In this document: in pieces, positions 36,985 to 46,318 of the stretch
Numbering within the stretch: the stretch's first letter is position 1
Layout of the letters: each line of letters opens with the position of its first letter
NCBI GenBank assembly: GCA_963825055.1
Contig: CAWGSK010000007.1
Location: 1-64,000 of the forward strand
Direction of reading: 5' to 3'
Origin: an uncultured Gemmatimonadales bacterium
Lineage (GTDB): Bacteria > Gemmatimonadota > Gemmatimonadetes > Gemmatimonadales > GWC2-71-9
DNA length: 64,000 nucleotides
The notes under the pieces: generated by a model
The model's input: only the letters and a program-made list of their open reading frames with translations
What the model was told of the DNA's origin: nothing
Database searches by the model: none
Position numbers and translations under genes: made by a program

Positions 36985-37288
36985 TGTCCCATGCGTGGAG
37001 TGCGGGCGGCATGTCTCCGGGATTCCCTGGGGCGAGCGCTGCCCCGAGTGCGCCCAGCAGCGGAAGCGCCACGCGTCCCGGCTCGCTTCCCGCGTCGCGC
37101 TCGGGGCCACAATGCTCATGGGGATCTACATCGCATTCCAGCCCATCGGCACCGGGCTGGCACGGATCTACGCCATTGTCGCCGTTCTCGCCACGTACAT
37201 CCTCGTCCGACGTATCACCCAGCACCTCGCCATGGCCTGGCTCGCCGAGCGGCGGCCACGCCCGGAGAATATCGATGCGAATGACTGA
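36959..37288 (+). CDS. Small zinc-ribbon membrane protein
   Basis: CVEC…CPEC followed by two TM segments; start uncertain. Confidence 0.65.
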   Translation: MPSLGGWPDVPCVECGRHVSGIPWGERCPECAQQRKRHASRLASRVALGATMLMGIYIAFQPIGTGLARIYAIVAVLATYILVRRITQHLAMAWLAERRPRPENIDAND

Positions 37289-38657
37289 CCGCCCTTCTGC
37301 CTCGTCCGTCCTGACCGCCCTGTTCGCCCTGGCCGCCCTGTCCGTCTCGACCGCTCTGGCGCAGTCCCCCAGCGTGACCATCTACAACGATGGCCGGGTC
37401 CTGATGCGCCGCTCCGTCGAAGCCACGGTGAAGAAGGGCGAGAGCACGGTGACCGTCGCCCCGGGTCCGATCGATCCTTCCACGCTCTTCAGCACAGATC
37501 CTGCCGTCGTCATCACCGGCGCCGACTACACGGAAGCCGGGAGCGCCGACATGGCGCTGCGCCGGGCGATCGGTCGGGAGATCCGCTGGGCCCGCGAGAA
37601 GGACACGGTCCGGACGACGGTGCTCGGAGTTGATCCGCTGCGCCTCCGGCTGCCTGACGGCTCGGTGATCTTCACCGGCCCCGGGCTGCCACTGTTTCCA
37701 GCGGAACTCGCCGGCGGGCCTTCCGAGCTGACGCTGTATCTGAAGAGCGAGGCTGCACGGTCATCGCTGCCGCTCGCGTGGTTCACCGGCGGGGCGAGCT
37801 GGCAGGCGAGTTACCAGGTGATCCTCCAGGGGAAGGAAGCCCGGGTGACCGGCTCGGCGGTGATCCCGAGCAACGGACTGGATGTGGCCAATGCCCAGGT
37901 CCAGCTGCTGGCGGGGGCTGTGAGTCGAGCTGCCCCGGCCCCCGCAGCACGTGAGTTCGCCAATGCGCAAGCTGGAATGATCGCGATGGACAAGGCCAGG
38001 GGATTCGCCGAAGAGGAGCGGACCGGTGAATTCCACCTCTACACCATCCCCGGTACGCTCACCATCCAGCCAGGCCAGACCACCACGGCAGCGCTGTTCG
38101 ACCCCGCCCGGGTGCCGTACCAGAAGCGGTACGTGGTGTCCGGCGTGCTTCCGATCTACGGCATGGTGCCGCAGATGGGTGACGAAGAGCAGGAGGTGCC
38201 GGTCGAGGTTACCTACGTCCTCACCCGGCCGGAATCGAGCGCGTTCGGCAAGCTGCCCCTCCCTGGTGGGGTGGCCCGGCTCTACGAGGCCGACTCGCAG
38301 GGCCGACTCCAGCTCGTCGGCGAGTCCGGCATGGGCCACACCGCCGCGGGCCAGGACGTGCGGCTGTACGCCGGGAACGCGTTTGACCTCACCGCCCGTC
38401 GCGTACAGACCAGCTATGAGCAGTCCCATCCGACCCGGACGGAGACCCAGGTCCTCGCGGCCTACCGCGTGACGGTGGCCAACGCGACCGACAGCGCGGT
38501 GAGCGTGGATGTGCTGGAGCAGCGGCGAGGCGGCTGGACAGTGCTGGAGAGTTCGGTGCCGGCGGAGAAAGTGTCGAGCAGTACGATGCGGTTCCGGATC
38601 ACGGTTCCGGCGAAGGGCGAAACGGTGCTGACGTACCGGATCCGGGCGTCGTGGTAG
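37281..38657 (+). CDS. DUF4139/DUF4140-like secreted protein
   Basis: Signal peptide, VTIYNDG, WQASY, HLY, PLPGGVARLY, AFDLT, LTYRIR. Confidence 0.82.
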   Translation: MTDRPSASSVLTALFALAALSVSTALAQSPSVTIYNDGRVLMRRSVEATVKKGESTVTVAPGPIDPSTLFSTDPAVVITGADYTEAGSADMALRRAIGREIRWAREKDTVRTTVLGVDPLRLRLPDGSVIFTGPGLPLFPAELAGGPSELTLYLKSEAARSSLPLAWFTGGASWQASYQVILQGKEARVTGSAVIPSNGLDVANAQVQLLAGAVSRAAPAPAAREFANAQAGMIAMDKARGFAEEERTGEFHLYTIPGTLTIQPGQTTTAALFDPARVPYQKRYVVSGVLPIYGMVPQMGDEEQEVPVEVTYVLTRPESSAFGKLPLPGGVARLYEADSQGRLQLVGESGMGHTAAGQDVRLYAGNAFDLTARRVQTSYEQSHPTRTETQVLAAYRVTVANATDSAVSVDVLEQRRGGWTVLESSVPAEKVSSSTMRFRITVPAKGETVLTYRIRASW

Positions 38658-39514
38658 CTCCGATCGTCCTCGTCCACCTGAGCGACCTCCACTTCGGGGG
38701 GCCGGCGGACCTCGACCAGGTCGAGGCGCTGGAGGAGTTCCTGCCGGGGCTCGCCCCTGACGCCATCGCCATCTCCGGCGACCTCACCCAGCGCGCGAGG
38801 CACGGGGAGTTCCAGCGCGCTCGGGCTCTGGTGCGGTCACTCCTGTCCCTGGCCCCGGTGCTGGTAATTCCAGGCAACCACGATGTCGAGTGGTGGCAGA
38901 GCCCATTCGGCATCCGCGGGCATGCGCCCAAGTACCGGAAGTTCTGTCGCTACATCGGCGACGATCTCACCCCGGTCGTACGGATTCCAGGGGCGACGCT
39001 GGCCGGGGCGCTCACGAGCCATGGTGTGGCCTTCGGCTCGCTGACACCGTCGATCCGTGACCTGGCGGTGATCGGCCACCTCCCCGCCGCCGAGTTGCGC
39101 CGCCTCGAGGCCGTCTTTGCAGAGTCTCCTGCGAACGATGCCCGGGTGGTGGTGGTGCACCACAATGTGCTCCGCGGCGGGATCTCCGGGCGCGTGGGCC
39201 TGGTGTCTGCCAGCCGGGTGCACCGCCGGCTCCGCGACATCGGGGTCGACCTGGTCCTGACGGGCCATGACCACGAGGAGGCAACCGGGACGGTTGCCGG
39301 CACGGTGGCAGTGAGCGCTGCCGGGACGCACAGCTCCCGTTCCCGGCTCGGCCGGCCGGGAGTGTTCAACACGATACGGATCGACCGGGGCGGCATGACG
39401 ATCAGGCATTATCGATGGGAAGCGGCGGATCGGCGGTTTGTTCCGGGGCAGGCTGCCGGCTTCCCGCGGGGACGGGTGGACGATGTTCTGGTGGAAACGG
39501 AAGCCGGACGCTGA
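38651..39514 (+). CDS. Metallophosphoesterase
   Basis: SDLHFG, SGDLT, PGNHD, HHN, TGHDH. Confidence 0.92.
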   Translation: MVAPIVLVHLSDLHFGGPADLDQVEALEEFLPGLAPDAIAISGDLTQRARHGEFQRARALVRSLLSLAPVLVIPGNHDVEWWQSPFGIRGHAPKYRKFCRYIGDDLTPVVRIPGATLAGALTSHGVAFGSLTPSIRDLAVIGHLPAAELRRLEAVFAESPANDARVVVVHHNVLRGGISGRVGLVSASRVHRRLRDIGVDLVLTGHDHEEATGTVAGTVAVSAAGTHSSRSRLGRPGVFNTIRIDRGGMTIRHYRWEAADRRFVPGQAAGFPRGRVDDVLVETEAGR

Positions 39515-40232
39515 GGCCGGCCCGTCCCGGCCGAGCCTGGGGATGGCGCCCGACGTCCTGCTGGGCGAACGGCTGCGAATCCTCGGCCTGACCGGGGTCA
39601 ATGGAGTGCGGACCCATACCAACCGCACGGTGATGCTGAGCGTGGGGCGCCGGGGCGTGCTCCGTCTCCACCGGGGGTACGCCACCGCCCCTGACCGGGT
39701 GCTGCAGGCGATCGTTCGGTTCCTGAGGCCGGGGCTGTCGCGGGTGGAGCGGAAGGCTGCGGAGCGCGTGTTTCTGGACTTTCCGGTGGCGCAGCCCCCC
39801 GAGTCGGCCGGGCGTCGGGCTCGCCGGGAGCGGCCGAGGCCCGGTGACCTCCGGACATTGAACCGGCTGGCCGCCCTGCACGAGGCGTTCAATCACAGGT
39901 ATTTTGACGGGCGCCTTGCCACGATTCCGTTCCGGCTTTCGGGTCGCATGCGGACCAGGCTGGGCGAGGTCACGGTGGACCTGCGCTCCGGGCGGCCGCT
40001 CGAAATCGCCGTCAGCCGGGCGCACCTCCGGCTCCATGCCTGGGAGGAGGTGGAGCAGACTGTCCTGCACGAGATGGTGCACCAGTGGCAGGCGGAGAAT
40101 GGACTGCCGGTGGATCATGGCAGGACCTTCCGCAGGAAGGCGAGAGAAGTGGGAGTGGAGCCGCGGGCGCGACGCCGGCGGCGCCTGTCCCCCCGGCGGT
40201 CGCCGGGGGAACGCGAATACGAAGCGGGATAA
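39483..40232 (+). CDS. SprT-family zinc metalloprotease
   Basis: FNHRYF, LSGRMRTRLG, HEMVHQW, DHG..F. Confidence 0.85.
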   Translation: MFWWKRKPDAEAGPSRPSLGMAPDVLLGERLRILGLTGVNGVRTHTNRTVMLSVGRRGVLRLHRGYATAPDRVLQAIVRFLRPGLSRVERKAAERVFLDFPVAQPPESAGRRARRERPRPGDLRTLNRLAALHEAFNHRYFDGRLATIPFRLSGRMRTRLGEVTVDLRSGRPLEIAVSRAHLRLHAWEEVEQTVLHEMVHQWQAENGLPVDHGRTFRRKAREVGVEPRARRRRRLSPRRSPGEREYEAG

Positions 40233-40250
40233 CCCGAGGCGGACCGACGC

Positions 40251-41438
40251 ATGGCATCGAACTTTACCGGTGTGGATTTCTACGACATCGACAGCCTTCT
40301 TTCCGAGGAGGAGCGGGCCGTTCGCGACACTGTCCGGACGTGGGTGAGCGATGAACTCATGCCTCTCATCGGCGAGTGCTACATCGAGGGGCGGTTTCCG
40401 AAGGAACTGATCCCGGGCATGGCCGAGCTTGGCCTGTTCGGCGCCAACCTGCCGGAGGAGTACGGCTGTGCCGGCCTCAACAACGTCGCCTATGGCCTGA
40501 TCATGCAGGAACTCGAGCGGGGTGACAGCGGCATCCGCTCCTTCGCCTCCGTGCAGGGGGCCCTGGTCATGTATCCCATCCACGCTTTCGGCAGTGAGGA
40601 GCAGAAGAAGCACTGGCTGCCCCGCCTGGCGAGTGGCGAGGACATCGGCTGTTTCGGCCTCACCGAGCCGGACTACGGCAGCAATCCGGGCGGCATGGTC
40701 ACGACGGCGAGGGAGACCGCCGACGGCTGGGTGCTGAACGGGACGAAGATGTGGATCACCAACGGCTCCCAGGCCACCGTCGCCATCATCTGGGCCAAGA
40801 CCGGCGACATCGGGGACACCAGGTCCATTCGCGGGTTCATCGTGCCGACTGACACGCCGGGTTTCACCGGTCGCGACCAGAAGGGCAAGCTTTCCCTCCG
40901 TGCCTCGGACACGAGCGAACTGATCCTCCAGGATGTGAAGGTCCCGAAGGACGCCATCCTTCCGAAATCCGGTGGGATCAAGAGCCCGCTCATGTGCCTG
41001 ACCCAGGCCAGATACGGGATCGCATGGGGGGGCGTCGGCGCCGCGATGGCATGTTACGACGAGGCGCTGCAGTACGCGAAGAACCGGGTCATGTTCGACA
41101 AGCCGATCGCCCAGACCCAGATCCAGCAGGTGCGCCTGGCGGACATGCTCACCGAGATCACCAAGGCGCAGTTCCTCGTCCTGCAGCTCGGGCGGCTCAA
41201 GGACCGGGGCACCATGACACCCGAACAGGTGTCGCTTGCCAAGCGGAACAACGTAAACATGGCTGCGGAGTGTGCCCGCGAATCGCGGCGCCTCCTCGGC
41301 GCCAACGGCATCCTGATCGAGTACCACTCGATGCGCCACCTGGCAAACCTCGAATCGGTCTACACCTATGAGGGGACGCACGACATGCACTCCCTCATCC
41401 TTGGCCAGGCCGTCACCGGCCTTGCGGCCTTCGCCTGA
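40251..41438 (+). CDS. Acyl-CoA dehydrogenase (glutaryl-CoA DH-like)
   Basis: ELERGDSG, CFGLTEPDYGS, KMWITNG, LESVYTYEGTHDMH. Confidence 0.93.
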   Translation: MASNFTGVDFYDIDSLLSEEERAVRDTVRTWVSDELMPLIGECYIEGRFPKELIPGMAELGLFGANLPEEYGCAGLNNVAYGLIMQELERGDSGIRSFASVQGALVMYPIHAFGSEEQKKHWLPRLASGEDIGCFGLTEPDYGSNPGGMVTTARETADGWVLNGTKMWITNGSQATVAIIWAKTGDIGDTRSIRGFIVPTDTPGFTGRDQKGKLSLRASDTSELILQDVKVPKDAILPKSGGIKSPLMCLTQARYGIAWGGVGAAMACYDEALQYAKNRVMFDKPIAQTQIQQVRLADMLTEITKAQFLVLQLGRLKDRGTMTPEQVSLAKRNNVNMAAECARESRRLLGANGILIEYHSMRHLANLESVYTYEGTHDMHSLILGQAVTGLAAFA

Positions 41439-41487
41439 CGGTGCGCCCGGCCCCTGCCGGGTGCGTTGACTCTGACAGGAGAGTGCA

Positions 41488-42231
41488 GTGAAAATCGCGG
41501 TGTGTCTGAAACGTGTTCCGGACACCACGGCCAAGATCACGGTCGCGGGGGACGGGAAATCCATTGACGAGAGCGGCGTGAAGTTCGTGCCGAATCCCTA
41601 CGATGAATACGCCGTGGAGGAAGCGCTCAAACTGCGGGGTGACGACGGGGAGGCCGTCGTGATCGCGCTGGGTAGCTCCGCTTCCCAGGAGACGATCCGG
41701 ACGGCCCTGGCCATGGGTGTCGATCGTGGCGTGCTCCTGGAAGCGACGGGCTCGGCGGACGGGCTGGAAGTTGCGCGCGCACTGGCGGCCGAACTGAAGG
41801 ACGGGGGGTATGATCTCATCCTCTTCGGCAAGATGGCCGTGGACGACTACAACCATCAGGTCGGCCCGATGACGGCCGAGTTGCTTGACCTGCCCTGCAT
41901 CACGACCGTCGCACACCTCAAGGTCGAGGGTGGATCGGTTGAAGCCGAACGCGAGATCGAAGGCGGCATGGAGGTGGTGACCTGCAGCCTGCCCGCCGTG
42001 CTCACCTGCGACAAGGGCCTCAACAACCCCCGCCTGCCTTCGCTCAAGGGAATCATGGCAGCCAAGAAGAAGCCCCTCGAGACGAAGCCTGCTTCGCTCG
42101 GCGAGGGCACCATCGAGGTGCTGTCGCTCGCGCCGCCCCCGGCCCGGCCGGAGGGCAGGATCGTGGGCGAGGGGGCCGACGCGGTGCCCGCGCTGGTGGC
42201 GCTCCTCAAGACGGAAGCGAAGGTGCTCTGA
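41488..42231 (+). CDS. etfB: Electron transfer flavoprotein beta subunit
   Basis: CLKRVPD, NPYDEYAVEEA, PRLPSLKGIMAAKKK. Confidence 0.95.
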   Translation: MKIAVCLKRVPDTTAKITVAGDGKSIDESGVKFVPNPYDEYAVEEALKLRGDDGEAVVIALGSSASQETIRTALAMGVDRGVLLEATGSADGLEVARALAAELKDGGYDLILFGKMAVDDYNHQVGPMTAELLDLPCITTVAHLKVEGGSVEAEREIEGGMEVVTCSLPAVLTCDKGLNNPRLPSLKGIMAAKKKPLETKPASLGEGTIEVLSLAPPPARPEGRIVGEGADAVPALVALLKTEAKVL

Positions 42232-43202
42232 TGGCGCGGATACTCGCAGTGACCGAACAGCGCGACGGAGCCCTCCGGAAGGTGTCGCAGGAAGTCGTGA
42301 CCGCAGCCCGCGAGCTGGCCGACGCCATGAGCGGCACGGTGGACGCGCTGGTGCTGGGTGCCGGCGACCTCCAGGGGGCGGCGGACCTGGCCCAGTACGG
42401 GGCGGACAACATCCTGGCCGCCAGTCACGACGACTTCGGCCTGTACAACCCCGACGGCTATGCGGCGACGATCGCGGCCGCCGCCCGGGGGGCGGACGCG
42501 GTCGTGTTCGCGGCCACGGCTACCGGCCGTGACCTTGCTCCCCGCGTGGCGGCCCGGCTCGGCGTGGGTCTCGCAACCGACGTCACGGCCCTCGCAGTGG
42601 ACGACGGGAAGGTGGTGGCGACCCGCCCGGTGTATGCCGGGAAGGTCATCCAGAAGGTCAGGCTCACGGGGTCCCCGGCAGTGGTGTCGGTCCGGCCCAA
42701 CACCTTCCAGCCGGTGAAGAACGAGAAAGCCGGGGCGGCGGGGACGGTGGACGTGCCGTCCTTCCAGGCCCGCGTGAAGGTGAAGGAAGTGAAGGCTCCG
42801 GCCGGTGCGGCGCTGGACGTGACGGAGGCCTCGATCGTGGTGTCCGGCGGACGCGGGCTCCGCGAACCCGGGAACTTCAAGCTGATCGAGGACCTGGCCG
42901 CGGCGTTCGGAGGCGCAGCGGTCGGTGCGAGCCGCGCGGTGGTGGATGCCGGATGGCGCGATCACGGCGAGCAGGTGGGACAGACCGGCAAGACGGTGAG
43001 CCCGAACCTGTATGTCGCCGTGGGGATCAGCGGCGCCATCCAGCACCTCGCCGGCATGCGTACGGCCAAGACCATCGTCGCGATCAACAAGGACAAGGAT
43101 GCCCCGATCTTCAAGGTCGCCGACTACGGGATTGTCGGAGACCTGTTCGAGGTTGTCCCGAAGCTGACGGAGGCCGTGAAGAAGGCGCGGGCGGAGGGCT
43201 GA
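42231..43202 (+). CDS. etfA: Electron transfer flavoprotein alpha subunit
   Basis: [31 protein letters not shown]. Confidence 0.95.
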   Translation: MARILAVTEQRDGALRKVSQEVVTAARELADAMSGTVDALVLGAGDLQGAADLAQYGADNILAASHDDFGLYNPDGYAATIAAAARGADAVVFAATATGRDLAPRVAARLGVGLATDVTALAVDDGKVVATRPVYAGKVIQKVRLTGSPAVVSVRPNTFQPVKNEKAGAAGTVDVPSFQARVKVKEVKAPAGAALDVTEASIVVSGGRGLREPGNFKLIEDLAAAFGGAAVGASRAVVDAGWRDHGEQVGQTGKTVSPNLYVAVGISGAIQHLAGMRTAKTIVAINKDKDAPIFKVADYGIVGDLFEVVPKLTEAVKKARAEG

Positions 43203-43221
43203 GCTTCGGCACCAGACCAGA

Positions 43222-43305
43222 AGCAAGTGGCAAGTGGCAGGGAGCGAGTAGCGGGTCGGAGGTTGCCGGTCGTTTCGACCTTCAACCTTCGACCTTCGAC
43301 TTTCA
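43222..43305. repeat. Short heptamer arrays (GCAAGTG)x2 and (TTCRACY)x4
   Basis: Read directly between etfA and nadC. Confidence 0.65.
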
Positions 43306-43333
43306 ATACTCGTCCGTCTCCAGGAGTTCGCTG

Positions 43334-44203
43334 ATGCCCGCATGGCTGGATGAGGCTGTTGCCGAAGACGTTGCCCGAATGGCCCGGCTCGCCCTGGCTG
43401 AGGACGGTGAGCGTGACCTGAGTTCGATGGTGAGCGTGCCTGCAGGGCTGGAGGCGACGGGACGGGTCGAGGTACGCGAGCCGCTCGTACTGGCGGGGCT
43501 GGCCTGGGCCCTTGGCGTGGCGTCGGAGGGTGGCTGCGCGGTGGACTGGGAGGCCGGGGATGCCGACCGTCTTGCGGCCGGAAGTATCGCAGGACGGGTG
43601 AGAGGCCCGCTCGATCGCATTCTCCGGGTCGAACGGCCCCTGCTGAACCTGCTGCAGCGTGCGTCGGGCATCGCCACCGCGACCCGGGCCTATGTGGATG
43701 CCGTCGCGGGGACGCCGGCCCGCATTCTTCATACCCGCAAGACGGCCCCCGGGCTCCGGCTCCTGGACATCGCAGCCACCCTGGCGGGCGGCGCGGTGCT
43801 GCACCGGGTCGGGCTCGACCGCACCGTGATGCTCAAGGACAATCACTGGGCGGCGCTCCGGCAGTCTGGCGGCACGCTCGTCGACGCTGTGGCGGAGGCC
43901 CGGCGGCTCGGGGCGGAATCGGTGCAGGTGGAGGTGGAGGAGCTGGGGCAGGTCGAGGAGGCCTGCCAGGCCGGCGCGGATCGGCTGCTGGTGGACAACC
44001 AGACCCCCGCCGTCCTGTTGGAGTGGTCCGTCCTTGCCCGCTCGCTCCGGCCGGGGATCGAAATCGAGGCGACCGGCGGCATCACCCTGGAGAACGTGCG
44101 GGCCCACGCGGAGGCGGGGCCGGATTACATCTCGATTGGGGCCCTGACGCATAGTGTCCGGGCGGCGGATCTGGGTCTGGAGATAGAACAGGGCGGACGG
44201 TAA
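43334..44203 (+). CDS. nadC: Nicotinate-nucleotide diphosphorylase (carboxylating)
   Basis: SGIAT.T, TRKTAPG, HR.GL, LKDNH, EVEE, DN, EATGGIT, ISIGALTH. Confidence 0.93.
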   Translation: MPAWLDEAVAEDVARMARLALAEDGERDLSSMVSVPAGLEATGRVEVREPLVLAGLAWALGVASEGGCAVDWEAGDADRLAAGSIAGRVRGPLDRILRVERPLLNLLQRASGIATATRAYVDAVAGTPARILHTRKTAPGLRLLDIAATLAGGAVLHRVGLDRTVMLKDNHWAALRQSGGTLVDAVAEARRLGAESVQVEVEELGQVEEACQAGADRLLVDNQTPAVLLEWSVLARSLRPGIEIEATGGITLENVRAHAEAGPDYISIGALTHSVRAADLGLEIEQGGR

Positions 44204-44249
44204 CAGGCGGGCAGGCGGACAGGCGGACAGGCTGATGGTGAGACAGTCG

Positions 44250-44369
44250 TGTCATTCCGAGCGTCCAGCGAGGAATCTTCTGGCTCGGGATCGAGCGCCT
44301 TTGCAAGCCCCCGCCGTTCGATCGGCGGCTGACGAGATTCCTCGGGCCTTGACGGCCCTCAGAATGACA
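44250..44369. repeat. REP/MITE-like palindromic element, copy 3
   Basis: TGTCATTCCGAGCGTCCAGCGAGGAATCT…AGATTCCTCGGGCCTTGACGGCCCTCAGAATGACA; preceded by GGCGGACA repeats. Confidence 0.85.
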
Positions 44370-44380
44370 GAATCGTGGAG

Positions 44381-44422
44381 CGACTCCCGACTCCCGACTC
44401 CCGACTCCCGACTCCCGACTCC
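44381..44422. repeat. Heptamer tandem repeat (CGACTCC)x6
   Basis: Read directly. Confidence 0.9.
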
Positions 44423-44425
44423 CGG

Positions 44426-46033
44426 CTACTTATACCGCTTCAACTCACCCCGCTTCAGCTTGCCCCAGTATTCATCCAGGTCCCGCCGCACCTTGCCGCT
44501 CAACAGGACCACGCCGAGCATGTTCGGGAAGGCCATGCCGAGGATCATCAGGTCACCGAAGTTGAGCACGTTGGTGGCTGAGACGATCGAGCCGAGGAAG
44601 GTGAAGATGACGAAGCCGACCTGGTAGATCCGCGTCTTCCCGTCGCCCACGAGGTACGACCAGCAGCGCTCTCCGTAGTAGCTCCAGGAGATCATCGTGG
44701 AGTAGGCAAACAGCATCACCGCGGCGGACAGGATGTAGGGGAACCAGGTCAGGTGCTCGCCCATGGCCCGGCTGGTGAGCGCGGCGCCCTGGCTTGTCGC
44801 GCGGATCGACTCGTAGTCCGGATTGTTGTAGGCGCCGGTGATCACGATGACGAGCGCGGTCATGGTGCAGACTATGACGGTGTCGATGAACGGTTCGAGC
44901 AGCGCCACGATGCCCTCGCGGACAGCGTAGGGCGTCCGAGCCGCCGAGTGGGCGATTGCCGCCGATCCCGCCCCGGCCTCGTTGGAGAACGCGGCGCGCT
45001 GGAAGCCGGTCACCAGGACACCGATGAAGCCGCCGTATCCCGCCGCAGGCGTGAAGGCGCCGGAGAGGATGGCGCTGAAGGCGGCCGGGATATGCTGGGC
45101 GTTGTCAAAGAGGATGAAGAGCGCGGCCGCGACGTATACGATGCACATGATCGGCACGATCTTGTCGGCGACCGAGGCGATCCGGCGGATACCGCCGATG
45201 ATCACGATGCCGACCATGACCATCATGATGAGGCCGTAGAGCCATGGCATCGAACCCAGCCCGGGGATGGTCTCGGTCAGGGCATTCAGGGACTGGTTGA
45301 CCTGGAACATGTTCCCGCCGCCGATGGATCCGCCGATGCAGAGGATCGCGAACAGCACCGCCAGCACCTTTCCGAACCTCGGGATGCCGAGTTCTCCGAG
45401 GCCCTTGGAGAGATAGAACATCCCGCCGCCCATGACGTGCCCATCGGAGCGGACTTCGCGGTACTTCTGGCCCAGTGTGCACTCGGCAAACTTGGACGAC
45501 ATGCCGAGCAGGCCCGCGACGATCATCCAGAACGTGGCGCCTGGCCCGCCGATGCTGATGGCGATGGCCACGCCCGCGATGTTCCCGAGGCCCACGGTGG
45601 CGGAGAGCGCCGTGGTCAGCGCCTGGAAGTGGCTCACCTCCCCGGCGTCGTCCGGGTTGCTGTAGGCACCCCGCGTCACGTTGATGGCGTGCTTGAACCC
45701 GCGGATGTTGATGAATCCCATCCGGATGGTGAAGTAGGTGGCGCCCACGACCAGCCAGAGCACGACCAGCGGGAGGGTATGCGCCTGGTCGAACCAGAGC
45801 ACGTCCGCAAAGAACACCGCACTGATCGCACTGTTCACGACCCCCACGACGCCGTCTACCCTGTCCATCAGCGAGCTGCCGACGACATCGGTCGAGGGAG
45901 CGGCCTCCACGCCGACGCTGTCGCCGGTCTGGAGGCCCTGGGCGGCCGCAAGGGCCGGAGCAGGGGCGACCAGGGCGGTCACGATCAGGATGATGGACGC
46001 GATCAGGGCACGGAATCGGGGCATCGGCTGCAC
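44426..46033 (-). CDS. Alanine/glycine:cation symporter (AGCS family)
   Basis: SHFQAL, TVGLGNIAGVA, GGPGATFW, FSNEAG, EPFIDT, YYGE. Confidence 0.93.
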   Translation of the reverse strand: MQPMPRFRALIASIILIVTALVAPAPALAAAQGLQTGDSVGVEAAPSTDVVGSSLMDRVDGVVGVVNSAISAVFFADVLWFDQAHTLPLVVLWLVVGATYFTIRMGFINIRGFKHAINVTRGAYSNPDDAGEVSHFQALTTALSATVGLGNIAGVAIAISIGGPGATFWMIVAGLLGMSSKFAECTLGQKYREVRSDGHVMGGGMFYLSKGLGELGIPRFGKVLAVLFAILCIGGSIGGGNMFQVNQSLNALTETIPGLGSMPWLYGLIMMVMVGIVIIGGIRRIASVADKIVPIMCIVYVAAALFILFDNAQHIPAAFSAILSGAFTPAAGYGGFIGVLVTGFQRAAFSNEAGAGSAAIAHSAARTPYAVREGIVALLEPFIDTVIVCTMTALVIVITGAYNNPDYESIRATSQGAALTSRAMGEHLTWFPYILSAAVMLFAYSTMISWSYYGERCWSYLVGDGKTRIYQVGFVIFTFLGSIVSATNVLNFGDLMILGMAFPNMLGVVLLSGKVRRDLDEYWGKLKRGELKRYK

Positions 46034-46318
46034 TCAAGTCAGGGGTTGGCGCGCAAGGCACCGCCTTGGCCGTGGAGGCCGGCAGGTGCGAGCGGGTCGG
46101 ATGATACCGTTGAACGGGCCGGGATGGCCGGTGGTGCACGGGGGCGGCCATGGATGCGGCCGCAGAACTGCCCGCCAATGTGGGACTTTCCTGCCGGAGT
46201 GGCAAGGGGCGTCATGCCGTCTCGTCAAAGTGAAACATCCCGGGGGTGGGGGGCCGCCGCGAACGTCCTATATTGGAGCACCTGATTTCCCCACGCCAGA
46301 TTCCAGGAGCCCGCGCCC

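Noticed and set aside
46034..46318. Glycine riboswitch upstream of the alanine/glycine symporter
   Set aside because: No GGAGA…CCGAAG…CTCTCAGG aptamer core is visible on the minus strand.
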